Positions 19,765 to 31,300 of a stretch of 64,000 nucleotides of DNA are shown piece after piece. Source of the DNA: Gammaproteobacteria bacterium (GTDB lineage Bacteria; Pseudomonadota; Gammaproteobacteria; GCA-001735895); contig JANTFI010000002.1 of the NCBI GenBank assembly GCA_024763505.1, positions 9,990 to 73,989 of the forward strand. Direction: 5' to 3'. Below the pieces are notes generated by a model. It did not search any database. It was not told where the DNA came from and saw nothing but the letters and a program-made list of their open reading frames with translations. Positions within the stretch are counted from its first letter, which is position 1, and each line of letters opens with the position of its first letter. A program made the position numbers and the translations under genes.

Positions 19765-21410
19765 GTTGAACCTGCACGCGACTGGGCAATACTGCGAGAA
19801 AGATAAATCACCGGCAACAGCCCGACCAGCACGATCATCAGTGCCGCGGTGGAAGAATCCGCCAGGCGCTCATCCGAGGCCAGTTCAAAGGCGCGGACAG
19901 CCAGTGTGTTGAAATTGAAGGGTCGCAGAATCAGCGTGGCAGGCAATTCTTTCATGACATCGACGAAAACGATCAGCAGCGCCGTCAACAGCGAGCCTTT
20001 CATTAATGGCATGTGCACCTTCTTCAGGGTTTCACGTGGTCGATAGCCGAGCGAGCGGGCGGCATCGTCCATCGAGGGCTTGATCTTGTCGAGCCCCGAT
20101 TCCACCGTTTGCAGACTGACTGCCAGAAAGCGCACCAGATAGGCGAAAACCAGTGCGAACAGGGTTCCGCTCAGTAGCAACCCGGTCGAATAATCGAAAT
20201 GCTCACGCATCCAGCCATCCAGCGTATTATCCAGCCAGGCAAACGGAATAATCACGCCCACCGCGATCACCGTACCTGGTATCGCATAACCGATCGCGGC
20301 GACCCGAATCGACACAAACACGGTACGGCTTTTCAGCACACGTCGGCCATAGGCCAGAAACAACGCCAGCATCACCGATAGTAGCGCCGTCCCCAGGCCG
20401 AGGAAAACCGTGTGCAGGGTCAACTTGATAAAGGATGCATCAACCATTTCTTCCCAGGTCTGCAATGCCCAGGCCAGCAATTGACCGGCTGGCAGTAAAA
20501 ACCCGGCCGCCACCGGCAGCAGGCAAACCACGAAAGCCAGCACAGCTCGCATGCCATGCAACGGGTATTCCGGCAGGCGGGTATATTTATTGGTGGTGTG
20601 ATGATATTTGGCCTGACGGCGCGACAGGCGCTCGATAATCACCAGCGTGAAAACAAACATCAACAGCATCGCCGACATCTTCGCCGCCGCCACGCTGTCG
20701 CCCATGCCAAACCAGGTGCGGAAAATGCCGGTGGTGAAAACACCGAGACCGAAATAGGAAACGGTGCCATAGTCGGCCAGGGTTTCCATCAGTGCCAGCG
20801 ACAATCCGGCGACGATGGCCGGGCGCGCCAGTGGTAAGGCTACGCGGTAAAAGCTGCTCCAGGCATTGCAGCCGAGTGTGCGACTGACTTCCAGCACGCA
20901 GATGGATTGCTCCAGAAACGCCGCCCGCGCTAGCAGATACACATAAGGATATAGCACCAGCGACAGCATCGTGATCGCGCCGCCAAGCGAGCGGATCTCG
21001 GGAAAATAGTAATCGCCATATCGCCAGCCGGTCCACTCGCGTATCGCACTTTGCACCGGGCCTGCAAAATCGAACATGCCGGTATAGGTATAAGCGATTA
21101 TATAGGCAGGCATCGCCAGCGGCAGTAGCAACAGCCAGACAAAATAACGCTTGCCGGGAAATCGGCACATCGCCGTTAACCATGCGGTCGACACGCCGAT
21201 ACCGAGCGTGCCAATGGCCACGCCAAGCGCCAGCAAGGCAGAGTTCTCCAGATAATCCGGCAAAACGGTCTGCTTTAAGTGCTGCCAGTTTTCACCCGAC
21301 GGCTCAAACACAAAACCCGCGATCGTCAACGCGGGAATACTCAGCAGCAGGGCTACCAGCACGATGCCGGGTTGCCATAATCTGGCCATCAAGCCATTGT
21401 TCGTTTTCAC
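19761..21410 (-). CDS. fbpB: iron(III) ABC transporter permease (duplicated two-domain FbpB type)
   Basis: 549 aa with two tandem ABC permease domains of 6 TM helices each, typical of FbpB/AfuB/ThiP-type permeases. Confidence 0.7.
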   Translation of the reverse strand: MKTNNGLMARLWQPGIVLVALLLSIPALTIAGFVFEPSGENWQHLKQTVLPDYLENSALLALGVAIGTLGIGVSTAWLTAMCRFPGKRYFVWLLLLPLAMPAYIIAYTYTGMFDFAGPVQSAIREWTGWRYGDYYFPEIRSLGGAITMLSLVLYPYVYLLARAAFLEQSICVLEVSRTLGCNAWSSFYRVALPLARPAIVAGLSLALMETLADYGTVSYFGLGVFTTGIFRTWFGMGDSVAAAKMSAMLLMFVFTLVIIERLSRRQAKYHHTTNKYTRLPEYPLHGMRAVLAFVVCLLPVAAGFLLPAGQLLAWALQTWEEMVDASFIKLTLHTVFLGLGTALLSVMLALFLAYGRRVLKSRTVFVSIRVAAIGYAIPGTVIAVGVIIPFAWLDNTLDGWMREHFDYSTGLLLSGTLFALVFAYLVRFLAVSLQTVESGLDKIKPSMDDAARSLGYRPRETLKKVHMPLMKGSLLTALLIVFVDVMKELPATLILRPFNFNTLAVRAFELASDERLADSSTAALMIVLVGLLPVIYLSRSIAQSRAGST

Positions 21411-21505
21411 ATTCTCAATCTTTTAACACAACGCAGGCCGGTCACGCGAAACGTGACCGGCCTGACTTCAAAAGCGGGGTTGTCAACCCCGAATGTTTGC
21501 AGAAA

Positions 21506-22519
21506 TTATTTCCAGCCAGCGCGATCCATAATGCGGACCGCTTCGGCATTATTGCGCCCGAGCACATCCAGATTCAGCTTGTCGGATTTGAAATCGCCCC
21601 AGCTTTTAACCAGTTCGCTGACTTCTGCGCCTTCACGCACCGGGTATTCGAAATTGACTTCGGCATACCATTTTTGCGCTTCCGGGCTAACCAGAAACTC
21701 CAGCAGTTTGATCGCATTGTCGCGGTTCCTGGCATATTTGGTCACTCCGGCACCGCTGATATTGACATGCGTACCGCGATCTTGCTGATTCGGCCAGAAT
21801 AGCCCCATCGCTCTGGCTGCCTGCAACTGTACTTTATCTTTTTTACTGGTCAACATCTTGCCGTAATAATAGGTGTTGGCCACAGCCAGATCACACTGCC
21901 CGGCGGCAGCCGCCTTGATCTGGTCGCGGTCTCCCCCCTGTGGCGGGCGCGCCATGTTTTTCACGATGCCATTGGCCCATTGCTGTGCCGCATCCTTGCC
22001 ATCTGCGGCGATCATCGAAGCCACCAGCGACTGGTTATAAATGTTACTCGAACCGCGTATGCAAATACGCTTGTGCCATTTTTCACTGGCCAGATCCTCA
22101 TAAGTCGACAATTCGGATGGCTTGACCCGGTCTTTGGCATAGAAGATAACCCGCGCACGTTGCGACAGGCCGACCCACTGCCCTTGCGGATCACGAAGAT
22201 GCGCCGGCACCGCATCATTCAAAACCGGATTATCGATGCTGGCAAACACACCTGCTTGCTTGGCACGATACAAGCGACCGGCATCGACGGTGATAAACAC
22301 ATCCGCCGGCGAATTGCGGCCTTCGTTTTTCAACCGGGTCAACAGTTTGTCGGCCTTGGCGGTAACCAGATTGGTCTGGATACCGGTTTGCTCGGTAAAA
22401 CGGTCCAGCAACGGCTTGATCAGCTTTTCCTTACGGCCGGAATAGACATTCACTTCCGACGCCATTGCGCTCATCGAACTGACGACCAGTGCGGCTACCA
22501 CGAGATGTTTCAGTTTCAT
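21506..22519 (-). CDS. fbpA: Fe(3+) ABC transporter periplasmic substrate-binding protein (FbpA/AfuA family)
   Basis: 337 aa with signal peptide. Layout resembles ferric-binding proteins (VYSGRKEKL..., SPADVFITVDAGRL, NTYYYGKM). Confidence 0.7.
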   Translation of the reverse strand: MKLKHLVVAALVVSSMSAMASEVNVYSGRKEKLIKPLLDRFTEQTGIQTNLVTAKADKLLTRLKNEGRNSPADVFITVDAGRLYRAKQAGVFASIDNPVLNDAVPAHLRDPQGQWVGLSQRARVIFYAKDRVKPSELSTYEDLASEKWHKRICIRGSSNIYNQSLVASMIAADGKDAAQQWANGIVKNMARPPQGGDRDQIKAAAAGQCDLAVANTYYYGKMLTSKKDKVQLQAARAMGLFWPNQQDRGTHVNISGAGVTKYARNRDNAIKLLEFLVSPEAQKWYAEVNFEYPVREGAEVSELVKSWGDFKSDKLNLDVLGRNNAEAVRIMDRAGWK

Positions 22520-22630
22520 AATCAGGACTCCGATATAATCAAATCAATCACTGCCGCGCATGATAGTCAGATTTTTTCAAATGTAAATAATAATCTTTCT
22601 CATTTACATTAATATTAATGAAATAATTTT

Positions 22631-25441
22631 ATGCCTGTATCCGATAATTTTATTGCAGAGAATGACTTCGACTGGCAACGGTTGCAGCAACACCCCGCAT
22701 TTCCGCCGCCCGAAGATCCGTTGCACGATGATTTGCTGCGTCTGGCCTGCGCCAGTCCTTACGCGCTGCAGCAATTATTGCGCGACCCGGAGCTATTACC
22801 AGCATTGGTATCCCTCACCCGTTTTGAACGGAATGAATCATCCATCATCGCCGCACTGCAAGATCTCGTATCGCTTGATGACATCAAAAAACAGTTCCGC
22901 CGTTACCGTCATCGCAAACTGGTCGAAATCATTTTTCTCGATGTCTGTCGCCATCAGCCGGTCGAGCAAACGCTCAGGCAACTGAGCGATGTAGCCGATT
23001 GCCTGATCCAACAGGCGCAGCAAAAAGCCGAACAAATACTGGCCGAGCGTCACGGGCAACCCGAGGATGCCGATGGCAAGCCGATGCAACTGAATATCAT
23101 CGGCATGGGCAAGCTCGGCGGCGGGGAGTTGAATTTCTCGTCCGATATCGACCTGATTTGCGCATTTCGCGAAGAGGGTGAACTGAGCGGCTATGGAAAG
23201 CTGGCGCATAGCGAATTCTTCAGCCGCGTGGTTCGGCTCTTTAAGGAGTTACTACACGAGCACACCGCCGATGGCTTTGTTTACCGCGTCGATTTACGTC
23301 TGCGACCGTGGGGCGACTCCGGGTCACTGGCGCTCAGCCATAGTGCGCTGGAACAATATTATCAATTGCATGGCCGCGAGTGGGAGCAATACGCCATGCT
23401 CAAGGCCCGTGTTATTTGCGCAAGTGATGAAGATCGCGCCGCGCTGCAGGCGATTATCACCCCTTTCGTGTATCGGCGTTATCACGATTACCGGGTGTTC
23501 GACGGCCTCGCCCATCTCAAGCAGCAAATCGACCAGCAAGCCAGCCAACAGGGTAAAACCGGAAATATCAAGATCGGGCCGGGTGGCATCCGCGAAATCG
23601 AATTCTTCGTGCAAGCGTTTCAGATTCTTCGTGGTGGGCGCAATCAGGCATTGCAAACGCCGTCGATATTGCAAGCCATGAAAGTGCTGGCCGACCAGTA
23701 TATCGTGGAAACCGAAACTATCGTAGCACTGCGGCAGGCATGGATTTTTTTGCGCCAACTGGAAAACCGCCTGCAAATGTTTCAGGATCTGCAGTCCCAT
23801 GCACTCCCTGATTCGGCGGATACACTCCAGCGCATTGCCGCAGCCCTCGACTTTAGCGACCCGCTGCAGCTAGAGCTGCAACTGGCAAAATGGCAGCATG
23901 CCGTGCATGAGCCATTCTCCACCCTGTTCGAGTCATCCCGACCCGCGCCTGCCAGCCATATGGACTGGGAGCAACTCGACCCCGAGCAGCAACTGCAATG
24001 GCTGCAATCACTGGGCTTTGAACAAGTGATTGGCATTCAGCAACCACTGACGAAATTCTACCAATCCCGCGCACGGCAGTTCCTGTCTGATAAGGCGCGC
24101 AGTCGTCTCGACACCTTGCTGCCAGAAATTCTCAAACGACTGGCGCAACGCAAACAGCCAGAACCATTGCTGGCCCGTTTGCTGGCATTATTGACCAGCA
24201 TCGCCGGGCGCAGTGTGTATTTCGAGTTGCTGTACCAGAATTTACCGCTGCTGGATAAATTGCTCGACGCATTCGACAACAGCGCATGGATCGCCAGCGA
24301 AGTCACGCAATATCCGATCTTGCTCGAATCCCTGCTCTTTCCGGAACCTTTATCCGAACGTTTTGAACGGGATCGACTGCAACACGAACTGGCGCTGCAA
24401 CTGAACAACGTGGCAGGCGATGCTGAGTTGGAGCTGGATTTTCTGCGCCAGTTCAAGCGCACCCAAACGCTGGTCATTGCGCAAGCCGAAATCGATCAAC
24501 AAATCGATGCGCCTGAAGCGTCCCGGCATTTGACCGAGCTTGCCGAAATCTTGTTGCAGGCCGTGTATGAGCTGAGTTGGCAGCAATTGACCAAGCGCTA
24601 TGGCGCACCCGGCAGAGTGAACGATGCCAATCCGGATTCACCGGGCATGGCCATTATCGGCTACGGCAAGTTGGGTGGAAACGAACTGCATTATCAGTCT
24701 GATCTGGACATCATCTTTTTACACGACAGCGATGCAAACGCAGCGACTGGCGTTGATCAGGGTCTTGAGCAGCAGCAGTTTTTCTCTCGTCTTGCACAAA
24801 AAATCATTTCCACCCTGACTATTCCCACCGCTGCCGGACCACTGTACGAAGTCGATACCCGGCTGCGCCCGAATGGAGCAGCCGGCTTGCTGGTTTCTTC
24901 GCTGGATGCGTTTGCACGATACCAACGCGACAAGTCCTGGTCATGGGAGCATCAAGCCCTGCTACGCGCCCGAGCCGTGGCCGGCAAGCCAGCGGTGCAA
25001 GCCACCTTCGAAAGCATCCGTAAAGACGTGCTGGCACAACCCCGCGACGATGCCCAGCTGCGTAGGGCGGTACGCGACATGCGCGATAAAATCATTCAGG
25101 CCAAACAGCCGCCCGAAGGAGAAACCTTCAACCTCAAACATTCCCGCGGGGGGTTGACCGATATCGAGTTCATGGTGCAATACCGGGTGTTGCTGCATGC
25201 AAATAAATTTGCCAGCCTGTGCGAAACGACTGATAATATCGGGCTGTTACACGTCTTGCATCAGCACCATTTGATCACCGATCAACAGTTCGAATTGTGC
25301 GACGTGATCCGGATTTATCATCATTATTTGCACACTCGCGTGTTGCAAAACGAGTCTGTCGACATGCCTTCCAGCCATGTTCAGGCGCAGATCGATCTGG
25401 TTCGGGCTTGCTGGGACAAAACCTTTCAAACAACACGATAA
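22631..25441 (+). CDS. glnE: bifunctional glutamine synthetase adenylyltransferase/adenylyl-removing enzyme
   Basis: 936 aa. Two nucleotidyltransferase domains (GKLGGGELNFSSDIDL and GKLGGNELHYQSDLDI) with GlnE-specific linker regions. Confidence 0.9.
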   Translation: MPVSDNFIAENDFDWQRLQQHPAFPPPEDPLHDDLLRLACASPYALQQLLRDPELLPALVSLTRFERNESSIIAALQDLVSLDDIKKQFRRYRHRKLVEIIFLDVCRHQPVEQTLRQLSDVADCLIQQAQQKAEQILAERHGQPEDADGKPMQLNIIGMGKLGGGELNFSSDIDLICAFREEGELSGYGKLAHSEFFSRVVRLFKELLHEHTADGFVYRVDLRLRPWGDSGSLALSHSALEQYYQLHGREWEQYAMLKARVICASDEDRAALQAIITPFVYRRYHDYRVFDGLAHLKQQIDQQASQQGKTGNIKIGPGGIREIEFFVQAFQILRGGRNQALQTPSILQAMKVLADQYIVETETIVALRQAWIFLRQLENRLQMFQDLQSHALPDSADTLQRIAAALDFSDPLQLELQLAKWQHAVHEPFSTLFESSRPAPASHMDWEQLDPEQQLQWLQSLGFEQVIGIQQPLTKFYQSRARQFLSDKARSRLDTLLPEILKRLAQRKQPEPLLARLLALLTSIAGRSVYFELLYQNLPLLDKLLDAFDNSAWIASEVTQYPILLESLLFPEPLSERFERDRLQHELALQLNNVAGDAELELDFLRQFKRTQTLVIAQAEIDQQIDAPEASRHLTELAEILLQAVYELSWQQLTKRYGAPGRVNDANPDSPGMAIIGYGKLGGNELHYQSDLDIIFLHDSDANAATGVDQGLEQQQFFSRLAQKIISTLTIPTAAGPLYEVDTRLRPNGAAGLLVSSLDAFARYQRDKSWSWEHQALLRARAVAGKPAVQATFESIRKDVLAQPRDDAQLRRAVRDMRDKIIQAKQPPEGETFNLKHSRGGLTDIEFMVQYRVLLHANKFASLCETTDNIGLLHVLHQHHLITDQQFELCDVIRIYHHYLHTRVLQNESVDMPSSHVQAQIDLVRACWDKTFQTTR

Positions 25442-25460
25442 CAAGTGCGGAGCTACAAAC

Positions 25461-26378
25461 ATGTCAATGTCTGATCGAGACGGTGTCATCTGGTTCGATG
25501 GCAAAATGGTGCCCTGGCGCGAGGCCAATATCCACGTGCTGACCCATACCCTGCATTACGGCATGGGCGCCTTCGAGGGTGTGCGCGCCTACCACGCCGA
25601 TCAGGGCACGGCTATTTTCGCGCTCGAAGCGCATACCGACCGGCTGATCGATTCCTGCAAGATTCTTGGCATGAAGCTGCGCTTTAACAAGGAAGAGTTG
25701 ATGCAGGCCCAGATTGACGCGGTGCGCGACAACCAACTCGACAGCGCCTACATACGCCCGATGGTGTTCTATGGCTCGGATGCGATGGGCCTGCGCGCCG
25801 ATAACCTGACTGTGCATACCATCGTCGCCGCCTGGGAATGGGGTTCATACCTCGGTGCCGAAGGTATGGAAAAAGGTATCCGCATCAAGACGTCCTCGTT
25901 TACCCGTCACCATGTCAACATTTCGGTCACTAAAGCCAAGGCCAATGGTCAATACATCAATTCGATGCTGGCACTGCAGGAAGCGCTGACCGATGGCTAT
26001 GATGAAGCCCTGCTGCTGGACCCTGAAGGCTATGTCGCCGAAGGCAGCGGAGAAAATATCTTTGTCATTAAAAACGGCGTGATCTACACCCCGGAAGTCA
26101 CCTCGGCACTGAATGGCATCACCCGTAAAACGATTTTTCAACTGGCCAATGACAGAGGAATGGAGATCATCGAGAAACGCTTGACCCGGGACGAAATCTA
26201 TATCGCCGATGAAGCCTTTTTCACCGGCACCGCCGCCGAAGTCACACCGATTCGGGAACTCGATAATCGCCCGATCGGCAATGGCCGCGGCCCGATTACC
26301 GAAACATTGCAAACCGACTATTTCGATCTGGTGCACGGCCGCAATGAAAAACATATCGACCTTTTAACCTTCATCTGA
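25461..26378 (+). CDS. ilvE: branched-chain amino acid aminotransferase
   Basis: PLP fold-type IV aminotransferase (EGVRAY, catalytic Lys region, YIADEAFFTGTAAEVTPI). Start at the ATG at 25461; the ORF track's upstream extension overlaps the glnE 3' end. Confidence 0.9.
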   Translation: MSMSDRDGVIWFDGKMVPWREANIHVLTHTLHYGMGAFEGVRAYHADQGTAIFALEAHTDRLIDSCKILGMKLRFNKEELMQAQIDAVRDNQLDSAYIRPMVFYGSDAMGLRADNLTVHTIVAAWEWGSYLGAEGMEKGIRIKTSSFTRHHVNISVTKAKANGQYINSMLALQEALTDGYDEALLLDPEGYVAEGSGENIFVIKNGVIYTPEVTSALNGITRKTIFQLANDRGMEIIEKRLTRDEIYIADEAFFTGTAAEVTPIRELDNRPIGNGRGPITETLQTDYFDLVHGRNEKHIDLLTFI

Positions 26379-26395
26379 AAATTACGGATTTCATC

Positions 26396-26611
26396 ATGGT
26401 CAACCCGAACACTGCTGCACACCAACAGGACTTTGCCACGCCCAATGCCAAGACCGCGGTCGAGATCAAATCGGCCGACTTGCCGGTGCATTGCCCGATG
26501 CCCGGCTCAAGCCTGTGGAATTCACACCCGCAAGTGTATATCCCGCTGGCAGAAAACTGTGGTGAAGCTCGCTGCCCTTACTGCGGCACCTTATTCAAAC
26601 TGGTCGACTAA
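26396..26611 (+). CDS. zinc-finger domain protein (zf-CHCC-like)
   Basis: 71 aa. HCPMPGSS...CPYCG arrangement resembles the zf-CHCC domain also found in the NADH dehydrogenase Fe-S subunit 6 family. Confidence 0.45.
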   Translation: MVNPNTAAHQQDFATPNAKTAVEIKSADLPVHCPMPGSSLWNSHPQVYIPLAENCGEARCPYCGTLFKLVD

Positions 26612-26987
26612 ACCACACCCGACCATTTCTGTTTGCCATCGACTCTGGTCTAAGCCAACCCAGACTCCCATAGCGAAGTCAGGTCGTAGAGTATCGGCCC
26701 CGTGCCTGCAGGCCGATCGATTCCACGCTGTACTGCAACACCGACAACACTTCCCGAGTCCAATTTTGTAAATAAAAACCAATCAATTTTTGAGTATTCT
26801 GATTAATCATTGATTTTTCCTCTTTTCAATAGCGACAAAGTTTCTATCTGGATAATTTGTGTTAACATCGCTGGCGCTTTCTGTCAGTATAATGGCGCGC
26901 CATTACGTACTGATTGATCCTTAAATTAATAACAAAATATAATTTTCAGGTTGGTTTCCGACTAATCCGGATTTTGGAGTCGTTTTT

Positions 26988-28190
26988 ATGTTAAAAAAGT
27001 TGATCGCTGGCGCCTTGATTGCTGTCTCAACCACTCTTTTCACCACTACTTTATATGCTGAGGAAAAGGCTCAAGCTCCGGCACAGCCGGTTACCGTCAA
27101 TAACCCCGATCAGAATCTGGTACCGGAAAGTGAAATCTATACCATTCAGGGAGGCAGCGCTTCCAGCAGCACGGCTCTTGGCGGTACCGTCATGCCGCAA
27201 AAAATGGTTAACCTGATCGCGCAAATGCCGGGTGAAGTAAAGTACATCGCTGGCGAGGAAGGCGATAAATTCAGCGGCGGTACAATTCTGGTCGGGCTGG
27301 ATACATCGGCCCTGATGGAAAAACGTCGTGCCGCTGTGGCCGGATTGCTCAGCGCACAGGCTGGATTATCCAATGCGATGGTGCAATTCCAGCGGGAAGT
27401 GGAATCACCCAACTCGAACTCCAATACCATGCTCGGCGGAGCACCTTCCATGTTCAGCATGTTTTCTGATCCGATCCGCGAATTCAGCGGGCGCGGCGAT
27501 CCAGATTATGAGCGTTACTCTAATCTGTTCGGCCAAAACGTACAAATTCAGACTGCGCGCAACCAGATCGAAACCGCTCGCGCCGGAATTGCAGAACTCG
27601 ACGCCAATATCGAAAACGCCAAGTCGATCGCCCCGTTCGATGGCGTGATCGTCAAAAAACTGGTCGAAGTCGGTGATATCGTTCAACCCGGCATGCCTCT
27701 GGTCGTGTTCGCTGATACCAGCGTGATGCAGATCCAGGTCGAAATGCCAGCCAGACTGGTTTCCAGTCTGCGCCCGGACAGTATCGTAAAAGCCCGGCTG
27801 GATAACAGTGGAACAATCATTCCGGCACGGGTTTCCCGCATCTTTCCGATGGCCAACCAGGGTGGTCATACCACCACCGTCAAATTCGACCTGCCACAAA
27901 ATAGTGGAGCGCGCGCAGGTATGTATGCCGAGATCCTGATTCCCGGCCAAACCGCCGGTAAACCGCAGCGCCCTGTGATCCCGCTCAGCGCTATCACCTG
28001 GCGCGGTAGCCTGCCGGCCGTTTTTCAGGTTTCCGATGACCGCAGCAATATCAGGATGCGTACCCTGCGACTGGGCTCGCGCATGGGCGACAGCGTGGTC
28101 GTCATCTCCGGCGTCAAGGTCGGTGACCGGATTCTGAATCATCCGCTGGGCTCTACCCGCTCCGGCGCTTATAAAGCACCTGCGAAATAA
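26988..28190 (+). CDS. efflux RND transporter periplasmic adaptor subunit (HlyD/MFP family)
   Basis: 400 aa. Signal peptide, coiled-coil hairpin, lipoyl and beta-barrel regions. Immediately upstream of the RND pump gene. Confidence 0.8.
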   Translation: MLKKLIAGALIAVSTTLFTTTLYAEEKAQAPAQPVTVNNPDQNLVPESEIYTIQGGSASSSTALGGTVMPQKMVNLIAQMPGEVKYIAGEEGDKFSGGTILVGLDTSALMEKRRAAVAGLLSAQAGLSNAMVQFQREVESPNSNSNTMLGGAPSMFSMFSDPIREFSGRGDPDYERYSNLFGQNVQIQTARNQIETARAGIAELDANIENAKSIAPFDGVIVKKLVEVGDIVQPGMPLVVFADTSVMQIQVEMPARLVSSLRPDSIVKARLDNSGTIIPARVSRIFPMANQGGHTTTVKFDLPQNSGARAGMYAEILIPGQTAGKPQRPVIPLSAITWRGSLPAVFQVSDDRSNIRMRTLRLGSRMGDSVVVISGVKVGDRILNHPLGSTRSGAYKAPAK

Positions 28191-28334
28191 CAGTACAAGC
28201 GGTGGTTGTACCGCTGACACAAAAGCAGGCACGGCATCGAGCCAGAAATATTTGCACCCGTCGTCCCTGTAAATCCCTTACTGAACTGACAGCCGTAACA
28301 GTCAGACAATCAATAACAAGAGGTCAGCCGAGCC

Positions 28335-31300
28335 ATGACGGTAGCGAATAAACAAGATGTATTAAGTAAAGAAGAACTGGGTTTTGCCGGTCGACTGGCT
28401 GATTCCTTTATTCATTCTCCGTTATCGCCTCTGCTGTTTATCGCTATGATGCTGGTCGGCTTTTATGGCTTGTATGCCACGCCGAGACAGGAAGATCCGC
28501 AAATCTCGGTACCGATGATCGACATCATGCTGCAAATGCCCGGTGCCTCGTCGGAAGAAATCTCGCGTCTGGTGGTCAGTCCGCTGGAACGACTGGTGTC
28601 CGAGATCAATGGCGTCAAGCATGTATATTCGGTCAGCGATGAAGGTTTTGGCATCATCACTCTGGAATTCAATGTCGGTGAACAAATCGAACGCGCCATT
28701 GTGTTGACCCATAACAAGGTACAAGCCAACCTTGATCTGATGCCGCCCGGCGCCAAGGAACCCCTGATCAAACCCAAGGAAGTCGACGATGTACCAGTGG
28801 TGACGCTGACGCTGTGGTCGAACGAAATGGATGATGCCAATTTACGCACCCTGGCGGTCAGCCTGATGCAGGATCTCAAACAGGTGCCGCTGACCGGCAA
28901 TACCTTTGTTTCCGGTGGTCGCTCCGAACAGGTCCGGATCAACGTATTGCCCGGAAAACTCAAGGGTTTCGGCATCACGATGGGGCATATCGCCAACACT
29001 ATCCAGAGCTTCAATACCGAGCAAACCGTCGGCTTTGTTGAACAGAGCGATAAATTTTTGTGGGTCAAGACCGGGGTGTTTCTGAAATCGGCCGACGATT
29101 TCGAACGGCTGGTGGTCGGCAATCATGAAGGGAAACCGGTGTATCTGCGCGATGTGGCCGAAGTCATCGAAGGACCTGAAGAAGCTCGTCAGCAAGTCGC
29201 TTATTACAGTGGCCCGGCTTATGATGGCGAAGCCGTGAATGGCGCGCAAGCCGTTACAATCGCCATTGCCAAGCAACATGGCGCCAACGGTGTCGCGGTG
29301 GTCAACAATATTCTGAAAAAGGTCGATCACCTGAAAGGCCATTTGATTCCGGATAATGTGCAGGTTGCGGTCACGCGTAATTATGGTGAAACCGCCAACG
29401 CCAAGGTCAACTCATTGCTGTTCAAGCTGGTGGTTGCGACGGCTGCGGTCACCTTTCTGGTCTGGATATCGCTCGGGCTACGCCCGGCCATCGTAGTGTT
29501 GCTGACCATTCCGGTGGTACTCGTTATCACCGTATTCATGGCCATGATGATGGGCTACACCATCGACCGGGTGAGCCTGTTTGCGCTGATATTTTCGATC
29601 GGTTTCCTGGTCGATAACGCGATTGTTATCGTCGAAAATATTTATGCACGCTGGCTGCGGGCCGGTGAAACCAGCACCGAAATCGCGGTCGATGCCGTGC
29701 GCGAAGTGGGTAACCCGACCGTGCTGGCCACCTACACCGTAATCGCGGCCTTGCTGCCAATGGGTTTTGTGCGCGGCATGATGGGCCCCTACATGGAGCC
29801 GATCCCGGCGCTGGGTTCGGTGGCGATGATTTTCTCGCTGATTGCCGCCGTCGTTTTCGCCCCGTGGATCGCAATGCGGATTATTCCGCCAATGGATACC
29901 CTGCACAAAATGGAAGAGCGCGATGAAAAAATCGACCACTGGCTGGGTAAGTTCTATCACCGCGTGCTCGGCGCCTTGATCGACAAGAAAATTGCCGGCT
30001 ATGGCTTTCTGGCCGGATTGATTTTTGCTTTTTTCGTCGTCGTCGCCATGTTCACCCCATTGACCGATTACATGGTCAAGGTCAAGATGCTGCCGTTCGA
30101 CAACAAGGCCGAATTCGCATTGGTTATCGATATGCCCGACGGCACCGCCCTGCCGGATACGGTCAATACCACCAACGATATTGTCGAGCTGATTCGCACT
30201 GTTCCTGAAGTCACTGCATTGCAGACCTATGTCGGCACCGCTCGTCCTTTCGATTTCAATGGTCTGGTACGCCACTATTATTTGCGTCAGTTCCCGTGGC
30301 AAGCAGAAATCCAGGTGCAATTGACCGACAAGCACGACCGCGACCGTACCAGTCACGATATCGCACAGCAAGTACGCCAAATGCTCAAGCCGGTCGGCCA
30401 GGCCGCGAATGCCGTGATTACCATTGTCGAAATGCCACCCGGGCCGCCGGTTCTGCAAACCGTGGTAGCCGAAGTACATGGCCCAGACGCGCAAACCCGG
30501 GCACAAGTCACCACCATGCTGACCGAGTTGTTTCGCGAATCCGAGCTGATCGATGATGTCGACAATTACATGCGCTCGCAGCAGGAAATCTGGCGCTTCA
30601 AGATCGATCTCGATAAAGCCGCCAACCAGGGTGTTACGGTCGAAGCCATCAACCAGCATCTGGCCATGTCGATGGGCATGTTCAAGGTTGGCGATGTCAA
30701 GCAAAAGCTGGTTTATGAACCGACTTATATCATCTTGCAGATTCCACTGGCGGCCCGTTCGAACCTCGAGCAATTAGCGGAAATACCGGTCATGACCGCC
30801 GATGGACGCTCCGTGCCGCTGGGTGAAGTCGGTGAATTCGTCAAGGATTACCGTGACCCGATGATTTTCCACAAAGACTTGCGCCCGGTCGAGTTTGTAG
30901 TCGGCGATTCAGTCGGTAAATTACCGGCACCGATTTATGCGATGAACGATATCGATGAAAGGCTCAAAAGCCATCCGACGCCGGATGGCGTGATTATGTC
31001 CGGCACCATGATCGGCCCACCCGAGCACGACGATGTGTCCGGCTTCGAATGGTCTGGCGAGTGGACAGTTACCTATGAAACCTTCCGCGACATGGGCATG
31101 GCTTTCGGCGTGGCGCTGGTGGCGATCTACATGCTGGTGGTGTGGCAATTTGGCAACTTTTCCATTCCGGCGGTAATCATGGCACCGATCCCGCTGACCA
31201 TGCTGGGAATTCTGCCCGGCCACTGGTTGCTCGGTGCCGAGTTTACAGCCACATCAATGATCGGCTGGATCGCGCTGGCCGGCATCATCGTCAGAAACTC